Assembly: GCF_009914755.1 (NCBI RefSeq)
Contig: NC_060931.1
Source: the human T2T-CHM13v2.0 reference genome, Homo sapiens
Strand: one strand, 5' to 3'
DNA: 64,000 bases
Numbering within the stretch: position 1 is the first letter of the stretch; each line of letters opens with the position of its first letter. Positions 1-15,522 of the stretch are shown here, piece after piece. The translations under genes and the position numbers were made by a program. The notes under the pieces are model-generated. The model saw only the letters and a list, made by a program, of their open reading frames with translations, searched no databases and was not told where the DNA came from.

Positions 1-472
<472 letters not shown>

Positions 473-518
473 TAAGACTCCTGGATTCTTATTTGACTCT
501 TATCTCTCTTGTGAGTAA

Positions 519-707
<189 letters not shown>

Positions 708-1750
708 TGAGTAGCTGGGATTACAGGCATGTCCCACCAAGCCCAGGTAATTTTGTATTTTTACTAGAGACAGGGTTTCTCCATGTTGGTCAGGTCTCAA
801 ACTCCTGACCTCAGGTGATCCACCTACCTCAGCCTCCCAATGTGCTGGGATTACAGATGTGAGCCACTGCACCCGGCCTATTTTAAGTATTTTTATCTTC
901 CACTTTTTAATATATCTGGGTCCAACATTGAGTCAGTCGTGCCAGTGTTAGCTTTTGAAACATGAACACTGCCCACACCTGACTAGCATGCAACTGACAT
1001 TTTCTTTCACAGTTTTCTGCTACTTTTGCTAAAGAAAATAGTATCCGTGTCTTGTTTTTAGGCCTGAGATTTTTGTGGCATATGTGGGAATATATGATTG
1101 TTTTTCTAGTTGTGTAGAGGAAGATAGTCTTGAATGCAATGTGATATTAAAGGATCCCATTTAAGATTTTTGTAATATGCTTCAAAGACCTGTGGGTTGC
1201 AGAGTTACCACTTTACTTGTGAGAACACATGCTCCATGAAGCAGCTTATGAGACAATTTACAATATTATTTTGTTTCGTTACTCTGTAGAAACCTCAAAT
1301 GAAGATTTAGTTGTGCTCAATCATCCAGATTGTCTTTTCTTAATTTTTTTTTTTTCCAAGATGGAGTCTCTTTCTATTACCCAGGCTGGAGTGCAGTGGC
1401 ATGATTTCGACTCACTGCAACTTCCACCTCCTGGGTTCGGGCAATTATCCTGTCTCAGCCTCCTGAGTAGCTGGGATTACAGGCACCTACCACCACGCCC
1501 AGCTGAGTTTTGTGATTTTAGTACAGATGGGGTGCCACCATGTTGGCCAGGCTTGTCTCAAACTGCTGACCTCGTGATCTGCCTGCCTCTGCCTTCCAAA
1601 GTGTTGGGATTTCAGGCATAAGCCACCATGCCCAGCCTGCCTTGTCTTTTCAAAACCACCCTTGGTGATTAAATGTGAAATATGTACTAGTGGATATTAC
1701 TTTGCTGAATATTGCCTAGTGAATATTAAGTATTTATTCTTACCTTTCAG

Positions 1751-1809
1751 ACATGAACTTATGAATTCAACACATGAAGATTTACAGCTTGACAAACCAG
1801 CTTCAGGAG
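1751..1809 (+). pseudogene. GTF2I-derived pseudo-exon, 59 bp
   Basis: cctttcag|ACATGAACTT...TCAGGAG|gtagg; encodes HELMNSTHEDLQLDKPASG versus GTF2I HELLNSTREDLQLDKPASG. Confidence 0.92.
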
Positions 1810-3099
1810 GTAGGCATTCAGTCTTAAGTCAGATTAAAAGATTATGTGCAATAATTACCTAATGCTTAACATTTTTTAATGATGCCTTCCATATTAAATA
1901 ATATGCCTCTAACAATTATGTGCTAGGACAGGAGAATTCATATTTTCAAAATTCTAATACTCTCTAGAACAGTAAACTCATTTTCTTTTTATTAACCCAT
2001 TATAAATACATGTAAATATTGCATTTATGGGTAGACAGAACTAAAAGAACAATGTTTGTCCTACTTTTGAGATGCAAGATTTTATCTGGCATAATGCATT
2101 GAACGGGTTATTATTGAAGTCTACACCAGTCACCTGAACAAACATTCATCAAATGTCTATGATACCCAGGACATAAGTTTTTCTTTTATAGTATGGAGCT
2201 GTGCATATCATCTCTTATTGTTAGATGTGTTTTGAAAGAAATAGAAATAGAATTGATTTTCTTACTAGTTTTGGCTCTGGAGTGGAGTGGGGACAAAACA
2301 GAATGGAATTACACTCTTTAGATTTACTAAAATGGAAGGATTGCAGCAAGATCATATCCCTAGTCTCCCCATAGCAAATGGCACCTTCTGTTTTTTTGTT
2401 TGTTTGTTTGTTTGTTTTTGAGATGGAGTCTTGCTCTGTCACCCACACTGGAGTGCACTGGCATCATCTCAGCTCACTGCAACCTCTTTCTCCCAGGTTC
2501 GAGCAATTCTCCCTGGCTCAGCCTCCCAAGTAGCTGGGATTACAGGCAGCTGCCACCAGGCCTGCCTAATTTTTGTATTTTTAGTAGAGATGGGGTTTCA
2601 CCACGTTGGTCAGGCTAGTCTCGAACTCCTGATCTCAGGTGATCCACCTGCCTCGACCCACTGAAGTGGTGGGATTATAGTCGTGAGCTGCCATGCCCGG
2701 CCGTCTTACTGTTTTTAATGTGCACTCATTATTAAAGTTTTAGTCATAACAGGAGAGAGAGTCAGGTAATGGAAACCCATATGCTTTTTACTGAGTACAT
2801 TTTTCTGTACAGTCAAGGGTTTTATGCACGAAGAGTGAGACTGTTGGGAATCCTTTTTATTGGGCTGTACTTGTGCCTGGGTGCCGCTCTGCGGTAACAG
2901 AGAGAGCTTTGACAGCAGCCACCACTGCATTTGAAGATGAAGCCTCAGCGAAGCTCTCTTTTCTGTCTTGCTCCTTAGACACTTCATCAACACCTCAAAT
3001 ACTTAGTTTTGATATTTCCTACAACATCTTTTGCCTCCCAAAGTCACTGTCTGCCCCACTTTTATTCTGCTTCTCAGCAGAATTCTAGGTTGTTGTCAC

Positions 3100-4180
3100 C
3101 TGCTCCCCAATACTCTTTTAAAAACTATTTTTATGGAAATTTTCAAACCTTGTGGGCTCTTGCTTGGCTCCTCCCTGTCTCATTTTCAGTCTCTTGAGGC
3201 CCCTGCCCTTATCCTCTCTACACTGGGGAGTGCCAGCCAGCAGCTTCACCCTGAGCCCTCTTTCTTTTTTCTTACTGTGTCTTCTTTACAGACAATCCCA
3301 CCCTGCCCACTTCTTAAAAATATTATATTGTCTGTGTCATTGAGACTCTCATTTCTGGCCCTGAAGATGCCCCTCGTACTAGACCTTTGTATTTGCCTAC
3401 CTGTTTGATTCCTCCTCAGACCTCATGTGTCCCAGGCAGAGTCTCCATTCCCCTTTTCAGGAGCTCCTCTCAGGGTCTACCAGCTGCCCAAGCCAGATGC
3501 CCAGGAGTTACGCTGAGGTGTGATTTCCTGCCTTCCCACATCCAGCCTAGCAAGGCCTCCTGACTCCGCCCTGAACAGAAAGCTCAGATCCTACCCCATC
3601 CTCCTTCACTGCCCTCCAGCTCTCAGTGGGAGTCATGCCACAGCGCAGCCAGGTCAGTTCATTGAAAGTAGGAGGTGGAGCCTGTCATTCTCTGGACTGT
3701 CATCTGTAGTGGCTTTCACTATACTTGGAGTAAACCTCACAGCCCCTGATGGGTTCTGCAGGGGCGTGGGGGAGCTGCTTCCTGCCATTTCTCTGCTTTC
3801 CTGCATCCCCTCTGTGGATCACTTGCTCTGTGCCAGCCACCATGGTCATTTGTGTGCCTTTCTTCCTCTCAGGTCACAGCCTCCTGGCGCTGTCGGGCTG
3901 AGGCCTGGTGTTTGTGGAATGCTCTTACTTGAGGGCTTTCTGTGCCTCTCATTTCTATTTGTGTCACAGTTTAAATGTCACCATGTTGGAGAGGTCTTCA
4001 CTGAGCACCGTCTCACCTCAGCTGTGAGGCTCACTGACTCATCCTCCTTTCATTTTTCACAAAGCCCTGCTGGCTGACTTTTTCCTCCCACTGTAGTACA
4101 GTAGTGCTGACAGCGCAGATCATGCCTGTCCTGTTTACTTCTCAAGCAGGTGCTCAACAAATACTCACAGAGTGAATCCA
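3100..4180 (+). mobile_element. Old L2 LINE fragment(s)
   Basis: L2-like 3' end GCAGGTGCTCAACAAATACTCACAGAGTGAAT near 4147-4178, preceded by C/T-rich L2-like sequence; boundaries approximate. Confidence 0.55.
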
Positions 4181-5842
4181 TGGCAATAAACTGTTCTCTA
4201 AGCTGGCAGAAATGTCTGTGGCTTTTGGCCATGTAGCATGCATTGTGACACTTAAGGGCGCAGGAGGGACTGCAGGCACCACATCTGGAAGGGCCGCAAG
4301 CTGTCCTGAGCAAGGAAGGCTGCAGTGGGGATCCATGTTCCCATGACCCTGGGGCCCTCATCTTCTCCTGAAACAGACCCTTTGAGTTTTAGTGCACAGA
4401 AGCCAAGTCTCCTGGGTTAGGAGTCCTGCCCTCCCTATGGATTTGAAGCGGGGTGCATGGCACTCACTGAGTCTTCAGAGACCAGCTTCTAGGTGCTACT
4501 CAGTTGGCAACTACAAACTTAGGTCACTAATTGTATGTTATTTGCAGAATTTGTGTACTTAGTTTTTGAACTACTTATCCTATTTTACGTCTCTAAGAAC
4601 TTAATGTATTGAACAAAGTCAAAATGTTAAGTTTCTTCTCATCAGCATTTTTTGTGATATTTTATCTCTCCTTATATCTGACTGTAAATCAGCCAGTGAT
4701 CCATAAACTAAATAATCTTTCCCACTCTTTAAGTCATTATGTTTCCAAGTGATGTAATAAAATAGATCAGGTGGTGAAAATTGTTTATCATTAGCGATGC
4801 CACCATAATGTTACTAAGATTCATGACACCTGAGAAGGAGGATGTCACTAGGAGATGACGCCTGAGAAGGAGGATCTGCATGAGAGGCCCCACCTCTGCC
4901 CTCCTGTGTTTTTTGGAAATTGAGCATGGTAAAAGAATCAGCTAAACTTGACCGGGCACAATGGCTCATGCCTGGAATTCCAGCACTTTGAGAGGCTGAG
5001 GCAGGAAGATGGCTTCAGGCCAGGAGTTTGAGACCAGCCTGGGCAACAGAGTGAGACCCCATTTCTGCAAAAAAATTTAGCAATTAGCCAGGTATGGTGG
5101 CATGTACCTGTAGTCTCAGCTACTTAGGAGGCTGAGGTAGGAGGATTGCCTGAGCCCAGGAGGTTGAGGCTACTACACTTTACCCAGGGGCATCGACAAT
5201 GACCCTGCGATGTGTGGAAAATCCCAAAGGTTGACCACTGTGAATAGGAACTACCCTAGATGTGTCAGGAGCACCGCAGGCATACTCACTCCTCTGTTTG
5301 CTGGAGCCGTGTAGGGTGGAAGGAAACCCAAATCAAGACCATTTGCTGCTTCAGTTCTTTTATTGCATGTGACAGTCCAATATATCTCCATTTAAATTCA
5401 GATTTTTTGATGAATGGTCAGACCAGCTGCAGGCCCTTTGGGCCAGAAGTCTTGATCTTGCCAACTGTTCATTTTCCTGAGGGGACTGCCTTACTTCAGG
5501 CATTTGTGTGTAGCCGGTCTATTGTGGAGTTCAGAGGGGTGTAGAGCCCTCTCTTTTTGGGACAGTCAGTTCTCCCCATGCAGCATGTCCTGAAGCTGGC
5601 CTGTCTCTATCCTGTTTGTAAGTGTGTGAGGTCTTTTATTAAGCAGGGTAAAGTGAGAGAGGACTCCTAAAGAGAGAAAAACTCCTCCAGCATTTGCTGA
5701 AACATGTTTGTGAACTGATTAAGATGTGATTGGGATGGCATGAAAACAACTAAAATTTATCTAATTTCTTGCCATCTGGTTTGTGATATATGGTGCCCCA
5801 AATTGAGTTTAGAAGGAACTTTGATCATAGGTCAAGAAGGTG

Positions 5843-5941
5843 TTATATATATATATATATGTGTATATATATGTGTGTGTATATATATGTGTGTGTATAT
5901 GTGTGCATGTGTGTATATATGTATACACACACATATATACG

Positions 5942-5984
<43 letters not shown>

Positions 5985-5985
5985 T
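5843..5985. repeat. Compound (TA)/(TG)/(CA) microsatellite grown in an Alu tail
   Basis: Directly visible; sits at the poly-T end of the antisense Alu at 5986-6297, with flanking GAAGGTGT(T/C)ATA target-site duplication. Confidence 0.95.
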
Positions 5986-6680
5986 TTTTGAGACGGAGTT
6001 TTGTTGTCACCCAGGCTGGAGTGCAGTAGTGTGATCTTGGTTCACTGGAACCTCTGCCTCCTGAGTTCAAGTGATTCTCCTGATTCACTTGAACTTCAAC
6101 GATTCTCCTGCCTCAGCCTCCCAAGTAGCTGGGATCATAGGCGCCTACCACCACGCCAGGCTAATTTTTGCATTTTTAGTAGAGACAGGGTTTCACCATG
6201 TTGGCCGTGCTGGTCTCGAACTCCTGACCTAAGGTGATCTGCCCGCCTTGGCCTCCCACAGTGGTGGGATTACAAGCATGAGCCACTGCGCCCAGCCGAA
6301 GGTGTCATATTTAATTCTCCCTGTGGCTTGTCTTACAATAGCAATCATGCATGAAGCCCATGGGTTTGCTGCATCTAGGTTTACTCAAGCAAAGGCTCTG
6401 GACTTTCTTAGTTTACACTGATGTGTTCTAGTTTGCATCTGAAATGTACTCTGAGGATGCTGACTTCCAGATAGCCATTTTTAGGTCAAGGATAGTTCAG
6501 GTCTCTGAGTATAGTAGCCATACCTCCCAGAGAGCTTCCTTTTGGTTTGGTTACAAAATTTATTTTAGCTTAGTTTTCTTACATTAGGTGGGCAAAATAA
6601 GAAAGAGCAGAAGGCCAGATGTGGTGGCTCATGCCTGTAATCCCTTTGGGAGGCTGAGTCAGGTGGATCACCTGAGGTCA

Positions 6681-6923
<243 letters not shown>

Positions 6924-7454
6924 TTAGGGACACTCAACAAAACTATAAGGCCTAGAATTGGAAACTGGGAATTACTGTTTGTAGATGATTTCTTTTCAAG
7001 ATGGGCTAGTGGAGTTTCTGAGCAGCAGCTACGTTCTCCTTTCACGTCTTCAGGTTTTATAAGGTTACCTTTTGCCCTCTGAGTGATCATATCTGCCTCA
7101 CAGTCACTCATGGGAGCCCTTGATCTTGACAAAATGGACCTTGAGTAGCTGAGTTCAAAGAACTGAGGTGGCAAGAGGGGATCTCCTTCTTGGTTCTTAT
7201 ATATTTTTTTAAATGAAAGAGCTAGAGAAGCAATCTTAAGGTCAGGATAACTCACCCTGATGTTCTTCTCACTTGTCAGGGATTGTGCTGCATTCGAACA
7301 TAGGTTCTGCCATCAAACACAGAATGCCCTGATCCTTAGAGGCAGAGGCAGCTCTTCAGCCTATGGGGTAAGTAACCAGGGAATGGAATTCTCACCAACT
7401 CTTGTTAGACAATAAGTTTTACTTTAAGATTTGGGCCTACTTTTTTTTTTTTGA

Positions 7455-7613
<159 letters not shown>

Positions 7614-8882
7614 TAGTAGAGATGATGTTTCACCATGTTGGCCAGGCTGGTCTCCAACTCCTGACCTTGGGTGATCCACCCGCCTCGGCCTCCCAAAGTG
7701 CTGGGATTACAGGCATGAGCCATTGGGCCCGGCCTAGGCCTGCTTCTTTCTTTCTCTCTTTCTTTCTCTTTTTTTTTTTTTTTCTAGTAGCAGTTTAAAG
7801 TTGGTGCCTCATTTAGACACAAGCAAAAGGATATTAGCCCAGCTTTGGAAATAGGTGTGAGCCCACACATGATTTTCCTAGTTTTTCCTCTCCCTTCACT
7901 TTTTGCTCTCTTGGTAGTATGTTAATTGTATTCTCTCTCTGAATCTTTTTTCCCCATTTCTTTGGCATACATTTTCACTTGTCTTGGTTGAGTAGGTGAA
8001 GAGCTGTTTTTCGGACTCTTTGGAAGGATGGATGATAGTCTTGGCTAATGGTAACCAGTTCCAGGGAGCTAGGGTCAGCGTGAGCTGGAATGAGTTCAAA
8101 TTAGAAAGCACTGGCACTCAGTGGCAGGACTATAAGTGACCGCAAAGTGTTAAACACATCTTGAAAGGGATAGTGACATCATTCTCAGAATCTGTTGGGA
8201 ATACACATATCCTGTAGTCTCATTCCTGTTTGAGTCTATAAAGACATTTTAAAGAGTAATACCCTGAGTGGTTTTCTGGCCAGCTTGCCTGCTCATTTAT
8301 CTTTGAGGACAGCATCCCTCGTGGAGCTCCGCAGGCCCCAGGGGTGTATGGATTCTACATTGGAAAATGCTGATGCTGAGAGACTGGGTCTTGGCGGACC
8401 TCAAGGAGTCTGCTTTTCCTCTACTTATTTTCCTTACTTTTCCTGGCAGCTGGCATTGCTGTTTAAATGGGTTGTTCTTTGCTGTTTAAGTTGTTTGGTA
8501 GTGATGTGTCAGGATGCAGGTTTTCTGAATACTTTTTCAGCTGGTTACTTGAGTGGTGGTTAGGGAGGAGCTGTCTTGGGGCTGTTCTGGAGCTGTTGAG
8601 GTCGGGTGTCTGTCTGGATACTCACAGCCTATCTGTTGAGGAGAATGCAGTTCTCATTGTGCTGCCTTTGGTGGTGCTGTGTGTGGCTTTTTAGATGTGG
8701 GTGGAGGTGAGTTGGGGGAGTTAATGAGATCTTTTTTAGGTGCTTTTGATAAAGTAGTCTGCACTAGAGGATTCATTGTGACTTTTTCCCTTAACCTGCA
8801 CATACTTCTCTGCTCACCCTTGCTGTCTTTCTCATGTCTTTGATTTTCCAATCTCCTCTTGGTTGAATTTACATAAAGGCTC

Positions 8883-9728
8883 TGCTATGGTTTAAATGTG
8901 TCCCCCAAAGTTTATGTGCTGGAAACTCAATCCTCAATGCAACAGTTGAGATGTGGGGCCTAATAAGACAGCCCTCATGAATGAATTAAAGTTGTTATTG
9001 TGGTAATAGATTAGTAACACAAGAGTGGGCTTATTGTAAAAGAGAGTTCAGCCCCTCTTGCCCTCTTGCTTTCTCGCACTCTCTTGTCCTTCTGCCTTCT
9101 GCCATGGGAAGATGCAGCAAAAAGACCCTCACCAGATGCAGGCCCCTCAAACTTGGACTTCCTAGCCTCCAGAACTGTAAGAAATATATTTTTTCTCTTC
9201 CATTCCCCTTCCCTTCCCTTTCCCTTCCCTTTTTCTTCCCTTCCCCTTCTCTTCCCCTTCCCCTTCCCTGCCCTTCCCCTTCCCCTTCCTTTTCCCCTTT
9301 TCTTCCCTTCCCCTTCTCTTCCCCTTCCCCTTCCCTTCCTCTTCCCTTCCCTTCCCTTTCCCTTTTCTTTCCCTTCCCTTTTTCTTCCCCTTCCCTTCCT
9401 TTCCCCTTCCCTTCTCTTCCCTTTTTTCCCTTCCCTTCCTGTTCTCCTTCCCTTCCCCTTCCTTTTGCCCCTCCCTTCTTTTTCTCTTCCCCTTCCCATC
9501 CCCTTCCCTTTTCCTTTTTCCCTTCCCTTTCCCTCCCTCCCTTCCTCCCTCCCTCCCTCCCTTCCCCTCCCTCCCTCCCTTTACCTCCTCCCTTCCCTCC
9601 CCTCACTTTCCCTCCCCTCCCTTCCCCTCCCCTCCTCTCCCCTCCCTTCCCCTCCCCTCCTCTCCCCTCCCTTCCAAGTTATGCAGTGTGTGGCATTCTT
9701 TTATAGTAGCATGAAATGGACAAAGACA
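8883..9728 (+). mobile_element. MST-family MaLR solo LTR interrupted by a CT-rich expansion
   Basis: Starts TGCTATGGTTTAAATGTGTCCCC, contains GGACTTCCTAGCCTCCAGAACTGTAAGAAATA, ends GGACAAAGACA; 5-bp TSD GGCTC at 8878-8882 and 9729-9733. Confidence 0.9.
9189..9675. repeat. About 490 bp polypyrimidine tract (CCCTT/CCCT/CCCCT)n
   Basis: Nearly purine-free + strand, directly visible. Confidence 0.97.
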
Positions 9729-12546
9729 GGCTCCATTTTCAAGAGCAAGCCCTTTTGTAGTTTCCAAGCCAATTATGACTGCACAGGAAGTTCTATAGAT
9801 CGATCGCCTCAGATCCACCACCTAGGAAACCTGCTACCAAGCAGACCTAGGATGTAGAATTCTAGATGAACTGCTGGGCAACATGATACCACTGCAATTT
9901 AGTACCTCCCTATATACCTCCAGTTGGCTCAGCCCATCAGGGCTAAAACTACCCCTCATATCTTAGTGTCTCTTGTAGGCAGAAACCTTGCCTAAACCCT
10001 AAGCTGCTTAGCTCACATTCTGTCTTGTGCTTTTTTTGGAGGGGGTTCGAATATACCCAAAAGAAATAAATGAACCTCCATGTACCCAACCCCCAGATTA
10101 AGCAGTTGTCTCCATTTTGCCAGACTTGTTTCATCTGTTTCAGTCTCCCTAAACATTTATGTTTGTACAGGAAAAACTGGATAAATACCTAATTCTCCAC
10201 CCCACCTCCCATTTTAAGTCACTTTTCAAAATAATGAGTCAGTGACCTGGTAACTTATACACTTTAGTGACCAATAGTTTTTTTTTTTCTAAATATCGTC
10301 ATGAACTCATAGATTATTGTTTGCATTTGATGTATTTCAGGCCATTGCAGTCATTATTTATTAATTGTTTTGGATGCTTACTGCTTACATTGTCTTATCT
10401 AGGTTAATAATTATCCCTTCAAGTTGACTCTCATGTCTTCTTGATATGATCCTGTTGGACTTTGTTGGCTTCCTTGCTTTCTGACAAAAAAGATGTTCCA
10501 GGATCTGTATACTGCACTATGCATGGAGTCAGCCATTTCTCTAGGGGGCCTTGATTCCTTTTAGTAGAGAACACAGTTTGGGCTCTTGGACTGAATCACT
10601 TTTGTGAACCTCCTCGCCTGCATCCCTTCTTACAGCCAGTATGCTCTTGCTGGGCATCAGCAGATCTCCTAAAAGTGCCAAGTAGTTCTGCCTCACTCTT
10701 ACAAAGACTCATCTCCTGAGAGTTTTGTGCTCTACCCCAGATGCGGTCTTTCTAGTTCTGAAGCTTTTGCTCCAGTCACCCTGAATTTTGCCAGCCCTAT
10801 GCATGTCGTACCTTGGATTGCCACCCCACCCTCACTGGAGCCAATTTCTCCGGTTAGAATAGTTGCCCCTATTCTAATACTCTAATAAACAAGTTACCTT
10901 GTAGAGTATTAGTTGCCTAATACTTCAGTAAACAAGGTTCTACCTGGGCTTAGTTAACTTTTGCTCCTTTGGGCCCTGTGTTCTACCAGCATTCCATTTA
11001 TCTGAAACCCTCCCTCACCTCCTCAAGATCTTAATCTGTTCTTTAATGATTTACTGCTGCTTCCTGGGTTCTAAAGAACCCAGTTCAGAAGTTCCTGTTT
11101 TAGTTTGAGATCTTATAGGCCTGTCCATCAGGTTGCTATCATCCCAGCTAGGATTAGGCAGAATTGGGTGGGGGTTGTAGTGCATTTTTTGGCACAGCAT
11201 GTACCTGGCTGACTAATTCTCTGTCTTTTCTTTCCTATTGTAATTCATGGGTCTCAGCATTTTCTGAATGCTGTTTAGCAGGTCATCCTGTTGATTTCCT
11301 GCTAGGGAGGAGCATACTCTGGCTCTGTACCATTGATTGGCAAAGGGACTTAAGGATAGATGATGGGCAGCAGTTTTGTTAAATGGAACAATATGAAGAG
11401 ATGGCATTATAAAAAAGGCTGGGCAGCAGGGCCCATTTGAATGGTTGGTCCTTGGCTCCCATGTTGATACAGGCGGATCCTTGATGGGAATTTGGAATGA
11501 TCCCAAATATTGTAGATCACTGGTGCATCAAGTCATCGTCAGGGTTGTCTGTGTAACAATCTTGAGTGAAGTTTTGTGAATCTCTGGAGATTCTCTGTAT
11601 AGGGTTTAATCATTTAATTATTCTAGTTGAACCTGTTTAGTTTCTTTGCAAGGAGATAAGAAATGTGAAAGAGATGTAGACACTAGGGAAAAAGCCAGGA
11701 GCCTTGTTTCCCACCCACTTCTTGGGTTCTGGAACTGGGCTTATAGTTGAGTAGTGAGGAGTGGGCTCAAGTGCATTAATCCTGGATCTAGCTCTGCTTT
11801 GTGCTCACTCCAGTTCTTGTGTCAAATTCACTTCAAGCCACTCAGAGTAGTATGTAGAGGGGTCATTCAGGACTGTGCTTATACTTCATTATATCAAACG
11901 GGAGATCCAGTAATTTATAGCCTATTATTTCTGGAGTCTGGAGATGGCTCCACATAAGCTTTGTGGAAGCAGATTTTATTACATTAGAAGAGAACCTGGC
12001 TGGCTGCATTCAACACTGGTAGCTTTTAGATGCTAATAAGAAGGTCATGTAATAAAGGTCACAGAGTGACTCTGGAACCCATTTCCCCAACCCAAGAAAG
12101 AATAACGACATTCTAGGTTGGCCTCTTTTCATTTCCCTTTGATTTTGAGTAATAACTTCCCTCCTTACTTCCCAGCTGAACAATTTGGGAGTCTGTATTC
12201 CCTAGAAAGACTCTGTTCACATACCCATCAGATTAAATTAGGTGAGAACTCTTTGGCCTTAATGAATGTTGAAGGATTTCAAAGGGCTAATGGAAATTCT
12301 TCCAAAAGTAGCAATTCCCATTCTATTGGTGAGACCATTCTGAAGAAATTTCCTGAATCTCTTAGATTATTTTATACAGCAAAACAGTCAGCATTGTGTT
12401 CTCTTTGCTAATAGATGACAAGGAGAATGTAGACACTTGGAATCTATGGAGAATCCCTAAGTTGCATTTTAGGCTGCATGTTAGGTCTCCTTTCCTAACC
12501 CTTTTACAAGTCGATCAGTGTGAAACAGCATGATAGATTTGCATGA

Positions 12547-12884
<338 letters not shown>

Positions 12885-13028
12885 CCTCCATTCTTATGGA
12901 AAGTAGTGAGTGACTGCCTGCCAGGTAAAATCTTGGTGACAAAATCCAAAGTCAGATTCAGAGTTATAAACATAGCCCCCACCCAAGTAACTTCCAAAGA
13001 AAAGAAAGAGGCTGGGTGTGGTGGCTCA

Positions 13029-13373
<345 letters not shown>

Positions 13374-14379
13374 TTAGATTTGTGCATTGTGCTAGTTGTT
13401 GTACTAATGTTGATTGATTTCATTCTCCATTTATGGAACACCAACAGTGTTCCTGGTACTGTGCTGACCACTTGAGATAAAAAGATAAATAGGAGTTGGT
13501 CCTTGCCACTTAGAGCTCACAGTCTACTACTGGGAGAGTGTGGGAAGGTGCGATAAGAACTGTAGTGATCTTGCCACATAATTTGCATTTGTATCTTAAA
13601 GCCAGTGGGGAGTCATGGAAATACTTTAAGCAGGAGAGTGACATGATTCAATGATTCATTTGTATTTTATTTTTTCTTTTGAGATGGAGTCTCGCTGTGT
13701 CACCCAGGCTCCCAGGCTGGAGTGCAGTGACAGGATCTCAGCTTACTGTAAACTCTGCCTTCCGAGTTCAAGTGATTCTCCTGTCTCAGCCTCCTGAGTA
13801 TCTGGGATTACAGGCATGCACCACCACACCTAGCTAATTTTTGTATTTTTGGTAGAGATGAGGATTCACCATGCTGGCCAGGCTGGTCTTGAACTCCTGA
13901 TGTCAGGTGATCCATCCACCTCGGCCTCCCAGAGTGTTGGGATTACAGGCATGAGTCACTGTTACTAGCCCACTTTTTCTAGTTTTTGAGACAGAGTCTT
14001 GTTCTGTTGCCCAGGCTTGAATGCAGTGGTGCGATCATAGCTCATTGTAACCTCAGACTCCTGGGCTCAGTGATCCTCTTGCCTCAGCCACTCAAGTAGT
14101 AGGGTCTATAGGTGTGCACCACCATACAGTACAATTTTTTTTTTTTTGAGTCAGGGTCTCCCTCTATCCCAGGCTGGGGTGCAGTGGTGTGATCATGGCT
14201 CACTGCAGCCTCCTGGGTTCACGTGATCCTCTCACTTCAGTCTCCCAAGGTGCTGTGATTACAGGCGTGAGCCACCGTATTTGGCCCCATTTGTATTTTT
14301 GAAAGATCACTAGTGGTAGTGAGGATACCAGTGAGTTGGAGGGAGTGAGACTAGAGGCAATAACAGTTTAGATAACAGA

Positions 14380-14900
14380 TATTTTTTGAGCCCCTGCTAA
14401 GTGCCAGGCACAGATCTAGGTGCTGGGAACTTAGGGGAGAATGAGTAAGACAGTCTCTGTTCTCGGGGAGCTTCTGTTCTAGTGGTGGTATGCTGGTGGG
14501 GAAGCAGACTATATACATGCCACAAATTATATTTTTTCAGATGGTGATAAGTAATTTGATGAAAATAAATAGAGCTATGGGAGTTAGAATGTTTGAGCAT
14601 TGGGATGGGTACTGACCTATTGGGGTGGGCAGTGAAGACCTCTCTGAGGAGGTGACATTTGAGGTGAGGCAGCTCAAAGAAGATCTGGGCAAGAGTGGTT
14701 TGTGATGGGTAGGACATCAAGTGCAGAGACCTGAGATGTGAACGGACTTGGCACGGTGTTTAAGCACCATAAAGATGGTCAGGGTGGCTGGAGCATAGTG
14801 GAGCCTGGAGGAGCAAGTAATACTCAGATGAGGATGGAGCACCTTCTAGGCCATGGAAAGGATTCTGGATTAATTCCAATGGAGTAAGAAGCATTGTGAT
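14380..14900 (-). mobile_element. L2 LINE fragment
   Basis: GAGCCCCTGCTAAGTGCCAGGCACAGATCTAGGTGCTGGG...GACAGTCTCTG is the reverse complement of the L2 3' end. Confidence 0.7.
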
Positions 14901-14905
14901 TAAAT

Positions 14906-15127
14906 CAGGTGTTGGCAAACTGCGGCCTATGGGTCAAATCTGGCCTGGTGCCTATTTTTATGACTAAACCACATTGGAACACAGTATCACCCGTGGATGT
15001 ACATATTGTCCATGGCTGTTTTTAATGTTACAAGAGCAGACTTGAGTAGTTTCAACAGAGCACATATGGCCCAGAAGCCTAAAATATTTACTATCTGGTT
15101 TGTATAGAAAAAGTGTACTGACCCCTG
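14906..15127 (+). mobile_element. MER58A (hAT-Charlie) DNA transposon
   Basis: Termini CAGGTGTTGGCAAACT...AGTGTACTGACCCCTG; 8-bp TSD GATTAAAT/AATTAAAT; CCTAAAATATTTACTATCTGG motif. Confidence 0.85.
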
Positions 15128-15240
15128 AATTAAATGATCTAATTTAAATTTTGAGGAGGTATGGTTTAGGGAATGAATGATAAGAGACATGGCTCACGCC
15201 TGTAATCCTAACACTTTGGGAGGGTGAGGTGGGTGGATCA

Positions 15241-15522
<282 letters not shown>

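Noticed and set aside
4823-4875. 21-nt direct repeat ATGAC(A/G)CCTGAGAAGGAGGAT with a short spacer
   Set aside because: Only two copies; a simple local duplication, not a CRISPR-like array, and this is primate DNA.
9011-9857. Long ORFs up to 263 aa (PFPF / GKGR-rich)
   Set aside because: Translation of the CT-rich simple repeat and flanking LTR.
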